From an uncultured bacterium (GTDB lineage: Bacteria; Chlamydiota; Chlamydiia; Chlamydiales; JAJFMA01), in NCBI GenBank assembly GCA_964436955.1, contig CAYTFC010000004.1:5872-69871 (forward strand): a stretch of 64,000 bases of DNA, in the 5' to 3' direction. Shown in pieces: positions 17,906-27,561 of this stretch (position 1 is the first letter of the stretch; each line of letters opens with the position of its first letter). The position numbers and the translations under genes were made by a program. Under the pieces are notes generated by a model that saw only the letters and a program-made list of their open reading frames with translations, was not told where the DNA came from and ran no database searches.

Positions 17906-19214
17906 TCAACTTAATGTTGCATGGCTCGTTTCTATGCAGCTTGTACTTTCTATAACGATCGACAATGACATCGCAATATTTAGGATCGAGCTCGCAACCG
18001 AAACATCTGCGGTCCAACTGCTCTGCTGCGATTAGCGTTGTCCCGGAGCCTAGGAAGAAATCGAATACAATATCGTCCTTCTTCGAACTGTTATTGATAA
18101 GATAGCCAATTAACGGGATCGGCTTCATGGTCGGATGCTCCGCATTTCTCTGCGGCCTATCGAATTTAAGAAGGGTGGTTTGCTTGCGATTATTATACCA
18201 TCGATGCTTCTCTCCCTCTTTCCAGCCGTAAAGCACAGGATCATGATCACTGTATTCTTTGCCTCCGAAGAGGACCGGCTCGTGCTGCCATTGATAATCT
18301 TGCCGTCCAAGAACAAGGGAATTCTTAAGCCAGATAAGACACTGCGTCATTTTTAAGTTTGCCTCTCGGAAAAACCGGCGGAATTTTTCCCCTTCAGAGT
18401 CGGCATGAAATACATAGATCCCAGCTCCTTCTTTCATGAATACGAAAGCATTCACATAGAAATCTCGCAAAAGAGATTCGAAGTCTTCATTTGAGAGATC
18501 GTCATTTTTGATGGTAAGCTTCTCTTTTGTGCCTCCTTTGTAAGCCACATTATACGGAGGATCCGTAATGACAAGATCAATCAGTTCTGACTCAAGCACC
18601 TTTTCGATATCGCCATGAATTGTGGCAGATCCACAGATTAGCCGATGTTTTCCCAAATCATAAATATCGCCAGGCTTAGACTTTGGTTCCTCGGGCAATT
18701 CTTCTTCATAGCCATCATCAATCGCTTCAATCTTTTCGGGGTCTTTGAACTGAAGTTCAGTTTCGGTAAATCCCCAATTGAACAAATCTTTTACCTCCCA
18801 TTCATTGGCTAAACGCTCCCAATCCCATTCCCCTGAATTCTTATTGCTGCGAATAAGATATTCTTCAGCTTCCCTGGAAGAAAGCTGCCGGTTTGGAACC
18901 CGCACTTCGATTTTTTCTTTTCCACGACCTAGTGCTTTCATAGCTTTAACTCTCATGTGGCCAGCCAAAATAGTATTATCTAGATTGACGACGATGGTTT
19001 CCACATAGTTAAAGCTTTTTAATGATTGCTTTAGCTTTTCCATCTGATCTTTTGTGATCTTGCGAGGATTTTTCTCATGATCTTTGAAGTCTTTGATCTG
19101 CCTGGTTTCCGTATGCCATACCAGCTCCTCTAAAGTGATTTCGGATTCTTGTGCCGGCTGGGTCTCAATTTCGACTGTCTGGACCTCCGCATTCTTGGTT
19201 GTGCTCTTTGCCAT
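17886..19214 (-). CDS. ParB-N-domain-fused DNA methyltransferase (N6A/N4C class, orphan)
   Basis: N-terminal ParB/Srx-like domain (IVVNLDNTILAGHMRVKAM). The catalytic motif is ITDPPYNV and the SAM motif is FDFFLGSGTTLIAAE. No cognate endonuclease is nearby. Confidence 0.85.
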   Translation of the reverse strand: MAKSTTKNAEVQTVEIETQPAQESEITLEELVWHTETRQIKDFKDHEKNPRKITKDQMEKLKQSLKSFNYVETIVVNLDNTILAGHMRVKAMKALGRGKEKIEVRVPNRQLSSREAEEYLIRSNKNSGEWDWERLANEWEVKDLFNWGFTETELQFKDPEKIEAIDDGYEEELPEEPKSKPGDIYDLGKHRLICGSATIHGDIEKVLESELIDLVITDPPYNVAYKGGTKEKLTIKNDDLSNEDFESLLRDFYVNAFVFMKEGAGIYVFHADSEGEKFRRFFREANLKMTQCLIWLKNSLVLGRQDYQWQHEPVLFGGKEYSDHDPVLYGWKEGEKHRWYNNRKQTTLLKFDRPQRNAEHPTMKPIPLIGYLINNSSKKDDIVFDFFLGSGTTLIAAEQLDRRCFGCELDPKYCDVIVDRYRKYKLHRNEPCNIKLNGEDYA

Positions 19215-19381
19215 CTTTCATCTCTCTGATTTATTTTTTTTCTTGTACAAGACCTGTAAACCAATTTTCTTCTAAATACCAAGTTGGTAAAAAACGATAG
19301 AAAATCGGTAGTTAAGTTTTAAGAGAGTAATTGAGAAAGGGGAGTAGAGAGGGTAATTGAGTAGAAGCCTAATGGCCTGAT

Positions 19382-19723
19382 TTAAACTTTGCTGACAATT
19401 TCAATGGTGATTGGATATAAATCCTCGACCATCTTTCGTTTTGTCTGGCTTAAAGCCGTATCTTTTCCTTTAGTATCAATAAAGCTTATTTCACCATTTG
19501 CATAAAAAACTTGAAAATCACAAACATATCGCACTTTTCCAGGGAGGTCAAAGGGGATTTGTCTTAGAAAAAACAAAACCTCTCCTGCTTTTTGAAGGAT
19601 TTGGAGCTTATCGTAATACCTTCGCTCTAATTTCGATGGGAATTTTTTACCATCCCTCTCGCAAGGAACTGCACCAAATTTATGCTTTGGTCTCCCTTTT
19701 GGTCTAAAAAATTGTATAGTCAT
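19382..19723 (-). CDS. DUF1064-like small phage nuclease (resolvase-like)
   Basis: 113 aa. The pattern FPSKLERRYYDKLQILQKAGEV..F.RQIPFDLPG..YVCDFQVFY.NGEISFIDTKG matches my recollection of DUF1064. Confidence 0.5.
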   Translation of the reverse strand: MTIQFFRPKGRPKHKFGAVPCERDGKKFPSKLERRYYDKLQILQKAGEVLFFLRQIPFDLPGKVRYVCDFQVFYANGEISFIDTKGKDTALSQTKRKMVEDLYPITIEIVSKV

Positions 19724-19886
19724 TTGATATAGGCATGCTCCTCTGATATTAAAGAATTTTTATTCTGTCAGATTTTTTGATTTTCTTGCATCTACATATT
19801 GAATATACGCGTGGTAAAGTGCATATGTCCATTTTACATGCAATTTGGCGAGATTAAGATGAAAGTGACAGATTTAAGGAAAGATG

Positions 19887-19914
19887 AAATAGGGAAACAG
19901 CTGTTTCCCTATTT
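19887..19914 (-). terminator. perfect 28-bp palindrome, terminator-like, after the lipoprotein gene
   Basis: The sequence aaatagggaaacag|ctgtttccctattt lies 28 nt downstream of the stop codon at 19942. Confidence 0.55.
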
Positions 19915-19941
19915 AGAATGACGGCTGCTGCTTAGAGAATT

Positions 19942-20145
19942 CTAATTATCAGAATCATCTTGAGGAGTAGGTAAGCCCTTCATTCTGGGACCTTCGCTAC
20001 TTCTTTTAGAGCTTGGAGCATTTCTAGTCGCTACAATACCCTTCATGCGCGGTCCTTCAGGGATATTTTGATAATCGTAAGTTTGACAACAGCATCCTTG
20101 AAGAATGGGTAGAAGTAAAAGAAGTAAGTGAGAAAATTTCGACAT
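19942..20145 (-). CDS. small lipoprotein with an internal EGPRMKG repeat
   Basis: Signal peptide plus lipobox (LLLLLPILQGC). EGPRMKG occurs twice. Confidence 0.5.
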   Translation of the reverse strand: MSKFSHLLLLLLPILQGCCCQTYDYQNIPEGPRMKGIVATRNAPSSKRSSEGPRMKGLPTPQDDSDN

Positions 20146-20154
20146 AAGCAGTCC

Positions 20155-21027
20155 TCATTTTTGATGCTCTATAAGATTGGTATTTAATCGAAGCCAATCG
20201 TTAATCTTCATTAGAACCTGAGAAATGTCAATGGGTAGGTTGGCTAAATTCTCTGCACGCAAATTTTTTAGATACTCGCTCCAGAAATTTTGCATTCTCG
20301 ACATCTCGTCCTTCTCATATGCAATCGGCAAAGAAAGGACGGTCTCCCGATGCTCGAATACCGTGCGTATAATCCCTTCTAAATTAAGGAATAGCGGCAA
20401 TTGTGAAGAGGATATCATGGAATAAAGGTCGTGAAAGTCTTTCATGCGGCTATTAAAGGACCCTCGATGGACAATCGTCTCTAATTTTTCAGCAAAAATA
20501 AACTCCTTTGGATAGCAAGATAGCTTTACACTGCTTTCAAAAAGAATGCCTCTAGAAGATGTAGTAAGAGGAATCGAATATTCAATAGGTTCTACAACGT
20601 CTCCAAAGCCAATATCTATAGCAACTTTAAACCTAATATTGCCAAAATATGCAATCATCGCTACTTCAGCTCCTGGATATCCCATATGAGGATGGGCCAG
20701 TTCGCTTACTTTAAGCTCTTGAAAGATAAATCCATCTTTAAGGTCAATGCTTGCGATTTCCTCAAAAATATTCCTTGATTCTCCAACTCCATTACTCAAG
20801 CTTTGTGCGAGAAAATCGAGATCGCTTGTTTCTCTCCCAATTTCGATATATTTGGAGAGAAGAATACCGCCTTTTAAGACAAAATGCTCACGGAAATTCG
20901 ACTTAGCCAAACGCACGAGAAAGCGCTCAAGTGTGAGATTCTGCCAAAGATCAGCGGGATCTCGATTTTTTTCTTTCGCGATAGCTCGCAGTTTTGCTTT
21001 AAATGATTTTTCTAAATCCGACGTCAT
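20155..21027 (-). CDS. abiEii: AbiEii-type nucleotidyltransferase toxin, second copy
   Basis: About half of positions are identical by eye to the 14517-15377 product (FVLKGGILLSKYIEIGRETSDLDF; CYPKEFIFAEKLETIV; RMKDFHDLYS). Confidence 0.75.
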   Translation of the reverse strand: MTSDLEKSFKAKLRAIAKEKNRDPADLWQNLTLERFLVRLAKSNFREHFVLKGGILLSKYIEIGRETSDLDFLAQSLSNGVGESRNIFEEIASIDLKDGFIFQELKVSELAHPHMGYPGAEVAMIAYFGNIRFKVAIDIGFGDVVEPIEYSIPLTTSSRGILFESSVKLSCYPKEFIFAEKLETIVHRGSFNSRMKDFHDLYSMISSSQLPLFLNLEGIIRTVFEHRETVLSLPIAYEKDEMSRMQNFWSEYLKNLRAENLANLPIDISQVLMKINDWLRLNTNLIEHQK

Positions 21028-21617
21028 GTTGTATAAGATAAAATGTATGGGGTGATGTTTACACGCAAAGTCTTTGCATATGCGCCAAGTTTTTTAGGGT
21101 CTGGCTTATATTTAGTGTTCTGAAAATATCTCTGAATTGCTTTTATTGCAATTTCCTTGCTCAGATAGCGAAACGCATCAACAATACAACGCTCTCTATC
21201 AAAAATATGGACGTTATATTCACCTAAAGCAATTTCGATTCTTCCGAGCTCAGTATTACGCATTCTGACGATTCTGGTATTGGGTCGCTTTGAAGGATGG
21301 GATTCATGGGGTACTGCAATCCAGATTTCTCGCATAATCTGATCCGTCAAATCGTAGTAACAAAGCGCAGAAATCAAACAGATGACCCCATCAGGAATGC
21401 TCGCTGCAACCAATGCTAAGTTTTCCCACTGAAACTCAACTTCTGGTTCATATTGAGCAAAGCGGTAAGCTCCTGGATAAATCCTTTCTAAAGTGCCTTT
21501 TTTCACTAAATAAGCTAGTGCATGCCTTGGGACATCCTGTTTTTCTGCATCTGCTGCTGTAAAAAAAGGAACGTTAAGAAACGGATCTAATTGCTTCATA
21601 TATTTTGATTGTCTCAT
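21024..21617 (-). CDS. abiEi: AbiEi-type antitoxin/regulator, second copy
   Basis: Paralog of 15374-15970 (ALCYYDLTDQIMREIWIAVPH; IFDRERCIVDAFRYL). It overlaps abiEii by 4 nt. Confidence 0.7.
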   Translation of the reverse strand: MRQSKYMKQLDPFLNVPFFTAADAEKQDVPRHALAYLVKKGTLERIYPGAYRFAQYEPEVEFQWENLALVAASIPDGVICLISALCYYDLTDQIMREIWIAVPHESHPSKRPNTRIVRMRNTELGRIEIALGEYNVHIFDRERCIVDAFRYLSKEIAIKAIQRYFQNTKYKPDPKKLGAYAKTLRVNITPYILSYTT

Positions 21618-21904
21618 TTCTTAAATCTACAAAATCTACCCGTTTAAGTCAAATGGGTTGTTCTTGAAGAATTTATCGTTGACGTCAAATCAAAAAAGAC
21701 TTTATAAGACAAGTAAGGAATATGCACAAAGAATTTTAATATTTGATGCAATGATAGCGTTTGTCATTGATTTTCAAAGACATGCATACTCATGGTTTTA
21801 TAAATGAGCGGTCAAAATCAAGCAAATTTGGGGGAAATCGCCGCTATTAAGGGAAGCGCCGCCCTTGATGCCTCTTGCCAAAAACATAGCTATAGGCGCG
21901 ATAT

Positions 21905-23200
21905 ATGATTAAGACTATAGGTTTTGGGCTACTTCTTTTACTTTGTTCATTAAGAACATTTTGTATTGCTGACGACAATATCAATTTTTCTCCTCTTCAA
22001 TTGAATGTTCTAGTAGATGAAGTCATTCGTCGAAATCCAAATCTTGATGCAACGCGTTTAAGAATTCAAGCTGCACATGAAGTTGTTCACAGAGTACAGG
22101 TGCTTGACGATCCTCAAGTAATGATCACGTCTGATCAAAATAAATTTCATAAGACTAGTGACTTTACCCCTATGATGGACTATGAGATTAGCCAGGTGAT
22201 TCCCTTCCCTGGCAAGCTGCGCTTGAAGGGAGAAATTGCACGGCAAGTCATGTTACAGCAACAGAGCATACAAATTACGACCTATCGCGAGCTCATTCGA
22301 CAAACCAAATTACTTTACTATCAATTATATACTAATGCTGTTTCTATAAGAATTAATACAGATAATTCTAGCCTTGTTAATGCGCTAATTGAAGATAGCA
22401 TGGCACTGTATCGATCTGGAAAAGGAGAATATGTAGATACAATTAAGATGCAGTTAGAGCTACAAATGCTAGAAGAACAGCGTCTCATGCTTGAATCTGA
22501 AAAAGTAATGTTCAAGAGTATGCTAAATGCTTTATTGAATCGTTCTCCCAATGAAGCTTTAGGTGACCCGATAGCCTCTTTTACCAAACCATTTCAACTC
22601 TCATACATTCAAGCCGAATCAATTGCCTTAACTTCGCGATCAGAACTTCATCGAATGCAAGCGATGGTCATGGAACAGGAAAAAATGGCGCAGCTAGCAC
22701 GCCGTAACTACTATCCCGACTTCGAATTGGGTGTAGCATATGAAAGAATGAATAATAATTTTGATGGTCATGTCGATGATGCCATAATGTTCAAGGTAGG
22801 GTTTAATCTTCCGATTTGGATTCCAGAAAAACAAGCAAGAGAAGTGCGTGAGGCACGTGCTAATGCTTTTGCGAACCAGAAGGAATTGGAAGGGATGAAA
22901 GCCATGATCTCCGGAAAATTGAAGGAGCTACTTGCGAAACTCAAATCTACTGATGATAAAATTTCTCTCTATAGAGATGGAATTTTACCAAAGGTCAAAG
23001 AAGCATTCTCAGCATTGCTCTCTTCCTTCCGTTCTGGTGAAGGAAAGTTTGTGCTTCTGCTCGATACATGGAGACAAGCGTTTAATGCTGAACTTGAGTA
23101 TGAACGATTTCTTTCAGAGCGCGAAATCATCATAGCAGAACTAGAGCGTGCAATGGGTATGACATTGGAGGAGATCTTATGCGACTATACGATGCGATAA
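21905..23200 (+). CDS. outer-membrane factor of a Cus/Czc-type RND system
   Basis: Signal peptide, TolC-family repeats, and first position in a C-B-A operon. Confidence 0.75.
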   Translation: MIKTIGFGLLLLLCSLRTFCIADDNINFSPLQLNVLVDEVIRRNPNLDATRLRIQAAHEVVHRVQVLDDPQVMITSDQNKFHKTSDFTPMMDYEISQVIPFPGKLRLKGEIARQVMLQQQSIQITTYRELIRQTKLLYYQLYTNAVSIRINTDNSSLVNALIEDSMALYRSGKGEYVDTIKMQLELQMLEEQRLMLESEKVMFKSMLNALLNRSPNEALGDPIASFTKPFQLSYIQAESIALTSRSELHRMQAMVMEQEKMAQLARRNYYPDFELGVAYERMNNNFDGHVDDAIMFKVGFNLPIWIPEKQAREVREARANAFANQKELEGMKAMISGKLKELLAKLKSTDDKISLYRDGILPKVKEAFSALLSSFRSGEGKFVLLLDTWRQAFNAELEYERFLSEREIIIAELERAMGMTLEEILCDYTMR

Positions 23201-24366
23201 AAGGTGTGATCGTAGCGTTTTTTATGGCGATTACGGTTATAAGCTGCCAATCCGAGCAAAAACCACAGGAGCAGAAATCAGAGCGGAGCGATAAATCTAC
23301 AAGTATGTCGAATATGGAAGACATGCCTCCTCCGGGATATGTGGAAGTGAAGATCGATCCGCAGCGTATCCAACTCTTTGGAGTGCGTACAGAAAAAATT
23401 ATTTCTCGAGAAATAAACAAGTCTATTCGTGCTGTGGGCATTGTTGCTGCTGATGAAAGGCGTGTCGCAAATGTTCAAACAAAGTTTAGTGGATGGATTG
23501 TCGATCTCTATGTGAACTTCACCAACCAGACTGTCAATCAAGGAGAGCCTTTATTTTCTGTCTATAGCCCCGCTCTTCTTGCCACTCAAGAAGAATACAT
23601 AATCGCGAAGAAAGGTTCAAAGAATCAACTTAAAGGGACTTTTGGTGAGGAATACTCCCGCACAAATCAGAAACTTCTTGAATCAGTCAGGCAACGCTTA
23701 GAATTATGGGATATTCCCCAAGAAGAAATAGATCGTTTAGATCGACAAGCTATCCCCATGAAAACGCTTACCATCCGTTCTCCTATCAATGGAATTGTGT
23801 TACAGAAAAATGCTTTTGCTGGGATGAATGTTGAACCAGGCATGAATATCTTTACTGTTGCCGATCTTTCTCACGTTTGGGTATTGGCGGATATTTTTGA
23901 ACAAGATATCGCCTCTATTCGCATTGGGCAGCAAGCAACTTTGACAATGAATGCTTATCCTGGAAGAACTTTCGAGGGACAAGTTGATTTTATTAATTAT
24001 GTCCTTGATCAAACGACGCGAACGACAAAGCTTCGCTTTGATTTCAATAATACGGAAATGCTTTTGAAACCAGGCATGTACGGGGTTATTGAGTTAACGA
24101 TCCCGATAGGATTTGTATTGGCTCTTCCTGAAGCAGCAGTTATCGACACCGGAACAAAAAAAATTGTATTCATTGAAAAAACACCAGGTTTTTACAGACC
24201 TATTGAAGTACAACTAGGCGCCAAAGGAGGAGGCTACTATCAGGTTTTAAAAGGTTTAAATGAAAATGACTTAGTGGTAACGAGCTCCCAATTTTTGATG
24301 GATTCAGAGAGTCGGATCCAAGCCACTGGAGGGGGAATGCAAGGAATGGAGATGGATAAAAAATGA
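23179..24366 (+). CDS. cusB: membrane-fusion protein, CusB-like
   Basis: Lipoprotein-type signal (ITVISC), an N-terminal Met cluster (MSNMEDMPPP) and the HlyD-family fold pattern. ATGA overlaps the RND gene. Confidence 0.7.
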   Translation: MRLYDAIKGVIVAFFMAITVISCQSEQKPQEQKSERSDKSTSMSNMEDMPPPGYVEVKIDPQRIQLFGVRTEKIISREINKSIRAVGIVAADERRVANVQTKFSGWIVDLYVNFTNQTVNQGEPLFSVYSPALLATQEEYIIAKKGSKNQLKGTFGEEYSRTNQKLLESVRQRLELWDIPQEEIDRLDRQAIPMKTLTIRSPINGIVLQKNAFAGMNVEPGMNIFTVADLSHVWVLADIFEQDIASIRIGQQATLTMNAYPGRTFEGQVDFINYVLDQTTRTTKLRFDFNNTEMLLKPGMYGVIELTIPIGFVLALPEAAVIDTGTKKIVFIEKTPGFYRPIEVQLGAKGGGYYQVLKGLNENDLVVTSSQFLMDSESRIQATGGGMQGMEMDKK

Positions 24367-27300
24367 TCGCTTCCATTATTGAGTTCTGCGCAAGGAATCG
24401 TTTCATTGTTGTGATTTGTACAGCATTGATATTGCTTTGGTCTGCCTGGGCGATTCATAAAAGCCCCATCGACGCTCTCCCCGATTTATCAGATACGCAG
24501 GTCATCATTTTTACTGAATGGATGGGACGAAGTCCAAATTTGATCGAAGATCAGATTACTTATCCCCTTGTGACGACTTTTCTTGGAGCTCCCAAAGTCA
24601 AACTCGTGCGTGGCTTTACAATGTTTGGCATGTCTTTTGTCTATGTTATCTTTGAAGATGGCACAGACATCTATTGGGCCAGAAGCCGTACTTTGGAATA
24701 TTTATCTAAAATGCAAGGCAGGCTGCCGCCTGGAGTTACGCCTCAAATGGGTCCTGATGCTACAGGTGTGGGTTGGGTCTTTGAATATGCTTTGGTCGAT
24801 GAGTCTGGAAAATACTCCTTGCAGGAACTTCGCAGCTTTCAAGATTGGTATTTGCGCTACTGGTTGACTTCTGTACCAGGAGTTGCGGAAGTAGCCAGCG
24901 TTGGAGGATATGAGAAAGAATACCAAGTGGAAATCGATCCCGTTAAATTGCAAGCTTTCGAACTCTCCTTAGCCGACGTTAAGCAAGCTATTGACCAATC
25001 AAATTTAGATGTGGGTGGGCGCGTCATCGAGCTTGCGGAACATGAATATGCGGTTAGAGGACGAGGTTATATTACAGATAAAACCATGCTTGAAAAAGTT
25101 GTGGTCGGAACAGATGGTAAAGGAACACCAATTTTAATCAAAGACATTGCCCATGTGCAAATTGGCGGCAATATCCGACGGGGTTTAGTTGAATTAGATG
25201 GTGAAGGGGAAGTGGTCGGCGGCATTGTTGTGATGCGCTATGGAGAAAATGCGAGAGAGGTGATCAATCGCATTAAGGCAAAACTTGAAGAAATGGCCTC
25301 ATCATTCCCACCAGGCGTTAAACTCATTACGACTTATGATCGCTCCGGACTCATCGAACATTCAATGGCAACACTTTCTGAGGCGCTAATTGAAGAAATT
25401 ATCATCGTCTCAATCATCATTATGCTCTTTCTGTTTCACTTTAGATCAACACTTGTCGCCATTATCACCCTTCCTATAGCTGTAATGGTCTCATTTATCC
25501 CGATGTTTTATCAAAGTCTGACTGTAAACATCATGTCACTCGCCGGAATTATTATTGCTATCGGTGACGTTGTAGATGCTGCAGTTGTTATGACAGAAAA
25601 TGCACATACTAAACTGGAAGCGGCAAACGGACAAGGGGATAGAAATGAAATTATCATCCAAGCTGCCAAAGAGATTGGGCCAAGTATCTTTGCTACTCTA
25701 TTAGTGACAGTGATTGCATTTTTGCCTGTTTTCACTTTGCAAGCTCAAGAAGGACGACTTTTCTCTCCACTAGCATTTACTAAAACATACGCGGTCGCTT
25801 TTGGAGCTATTTTAGGCATCACATTAGTCCCTGCACTAATGGTCACCTTTATCCGCGGTAAAATTAGACCTGCCATGAAAAACCCGATTAATCGCTGGAT
25901 GGTAGCTATTTATCGACCGCTCCTGAATTTCTGTGTGAAATTCCGTTATCTTGTTGTTGTTCTTGCTATTATAGGTTCATTAATCACTATCCCTGTTTTT
26001 ATGCGTCTCGGTTCTGAATTCATGCCACCTCTAGATGAAGAAACCATTTTATTCATGCCGATCACAGTCCCTGGCATTTCCATAGAGGCCGCAAAGGAAC
26101 TCCTTCAACTTCAAGACAAAATTTTAAAATCTTTCCCAGAGGTAGAAAGAGTATTTGGTAAAGCAGGAAGAGCAGAAACCTCGACCGACCCTGCCCCACT
26201 TTCCATGACAGAAACGGTTGTGATGCTAAAGCCTAAATCCGAATGGCGTTCGGGGATGACCAAGGAAAAATTGGAAAAAGAAATGAATGAAGCTTTGAAA
26301 ATCCCAGGCGTACAAAATGCCTTTACCATGCCGATCAAAGCCCGTATTGATATGTTGACCACAGGAATTCGAACTCCTATTGGCATTAAAGTGTTTGGAA
26401 CAGATCTTTTTAAAATCAATGAAATCGGCCAGGAGCTAGAAGGAATTCTCAAAATGGTGCCAGGCACGCGCAGTGTATATGCAGAACGAGAGATTGGAGG
26501 ATTTTTTATCGATTTTATTCCGGATCGCGAAGCCATTGCGCGCTATGGCCTCAGGCTTATGGATGTTTTTGATGTGATTGAAACAGCCATCGGTGGTTTG
26601 GATGTTACCACCACCATTGAAGGGCGTGAGCGCTATAAAATTAATGTGCGTTATCCTCGCGATCTTCGCAATGATATTGAGAAATTACGCAATGTCCTTG
26701 TCCCTATTCCTAAGCAGCAAGGTGCACAAGGAGCGGGAATGAGTGGAGAAAAACAAGCGATGAGTGGAGGAAAAGTGGCGCAGGTTCCATTAACCCTTCT
26801 TGGAAAAGTCGAAGCCGTAATGGGTCCTCCCATGATCAAAGATGAAATGGCCTCCCTTAACGGCTGGGTCTATGTGGATATTGAAGGAAGAGATATTGGC
26901 GGCTATGTAAAGGAAGCAAAGGAAACGGTGAATAAGAATCTTAAACTTCCTCAAGGTTATTATCTCAAATGGACCGGGCAATATGAGTTTTTAGAGCGCA
27001 TTCAGGCACTTATGCTATGGGTCGTTCCTCTTACGATTCTGCTTATTGCCATTATTCTATACTTTAATTTCAAAGGAATTGCTCAAACCCTCATCGTCAT
27101 GCTTTCAGTCCCTTTTGCTGCAATCGGCGCAATCTGGCTGATGTATTCGCTAAGCTATAATACCTCTGTAGCTGTCTGGGTGGGAATGATTGCCTTATTG
27201 GGAATTGCAGCCCAAACTGCATCGATTATGATGGTTTATTTAGAGGAAGGATATGAGAAGTGGAAAATAGAGGGGAAACTAACAACTGTTGCTGAACTTG

Positions 27301-27551
27301 AAACAATGACCGTTGAGCACGGGACTTATAGGATTCGTCCTCTCATCATGGCAGTCGCTTTAAATATTTTTGGAATGCTACCCATTATCTGGAGCACTGG
27401 TGTTGGTTCGGATGTTGCTAAACGCATTGCAGTTCCTCTTTGGGGCGGTTTGCTCTCACTTACCTTTCTCACAATTTGCGTTATCCCTGCTATTTACGTC
27501 ATTTGGCGAAGTTTTCATCTAAAAAAGAAGCCAACACAACCAAACACTTAA
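24363..27551 (+). CDS. cusA: Cu(I)/Ag(I) efflux RND transporter, CusA family
   Basis: The N-terminal 150 aa (..NRF.V......W..W.I...P.DALPDLSD.QVII.T...G..P..IE.Q.TYPL.T....P....VRGF..FG.S.VYVIFEDGTD.YWARSR.LEYL...QG.LP.GV....GPDATGVGW..EYAL) track E. coli CusA as I recall it. Confidence 0.85.
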   Translation: MIASIIEFCARNRFIVVICTALILLWSAWAIHKSPIDALPDLSDTQVIIFTEWMGRSPNLIEDQITYPLVTTFLGAPKVKLVRGFTMFGMSFVYVIFEDGTDIYWARSRTLEYLSKMQGRLPPGVTPQMGPDATGVGWVFEYALVDESGKYSLQELRSFQDWYLRYWLTSVPGVAEVASVGGYEKEYQVEIDPVKLQAFELSLADVKQAIDQSNLDVGGRVIELAEHEYAVRGRGYITDKTMLEKVVVGTDGKGTPILIKDIAHVQIGGNIRRGLVELDGEGEVVGGIVVMRYGENAREVINRIKAKLEEMASSFPPGVKLITTYDRSGLIEHSMATLSEALIEEIIIVSIIIMLFLFHFRSTLVAIITLPIAVMVSFIPMFYQSLTVNIMSLAGIIIAIGDVVDAAVVMTENAHTKLEAANGQGDRNEIIIQAAKEIGPSIFATLLVTVIAFLPVFTLQAQEGRLFSPLAFTKTYAVAFGAILGITLVPALMVTFIRGKIRPAMKNPINRWMVAIYRPLLNFCVKFRYLVVVLAIIGSLITIPVFMRLGSEFMPPLDEETILFMPITVPGISIEAAKELLQLQDKILKSFPEVERVFGKAGRAETSTDPAPLSMTETVVMLKPKSEWRSGMTKEKLEKEMNEALKIPGVQNAFTMPIKARIDMLTTGIRTPIGIKVFGTDLFKINEIGQELEGILKMVPGTRSVYAEREIGGFFIDFIPDREAIARYGLRLMDVFDVIETAIGGLDVTTTIEGRERYKINVRYPRDLRNDIEKLRNVLVPIPKQQGAQGAGMSGEKQAMSGGKVAQVPLTLLGKVEAVMGPPMIKDEMASLNGWVYVDIEGRDIGGYVKEAKETVNKNLKLPQGYYLKWTGQYEFLERIQALMLWVVPLTILLIAIILYFNFKGIAQTLIVMLSVPFAAIGAIWLMYSLSYNTSVAVWVGMIALLGIAAQTASIMMVYLEEGYEKWKIEGKLTTVAELETMTVEHGTYRIRPLIMAVALNIFGMLPIIWSTGVGSDVAKRIAVPLWGGLLSLTFLTICVIPAIYVIWRSFHLKKKPTQPNT

Positions 27552-27561
27552 GGAGATGACG

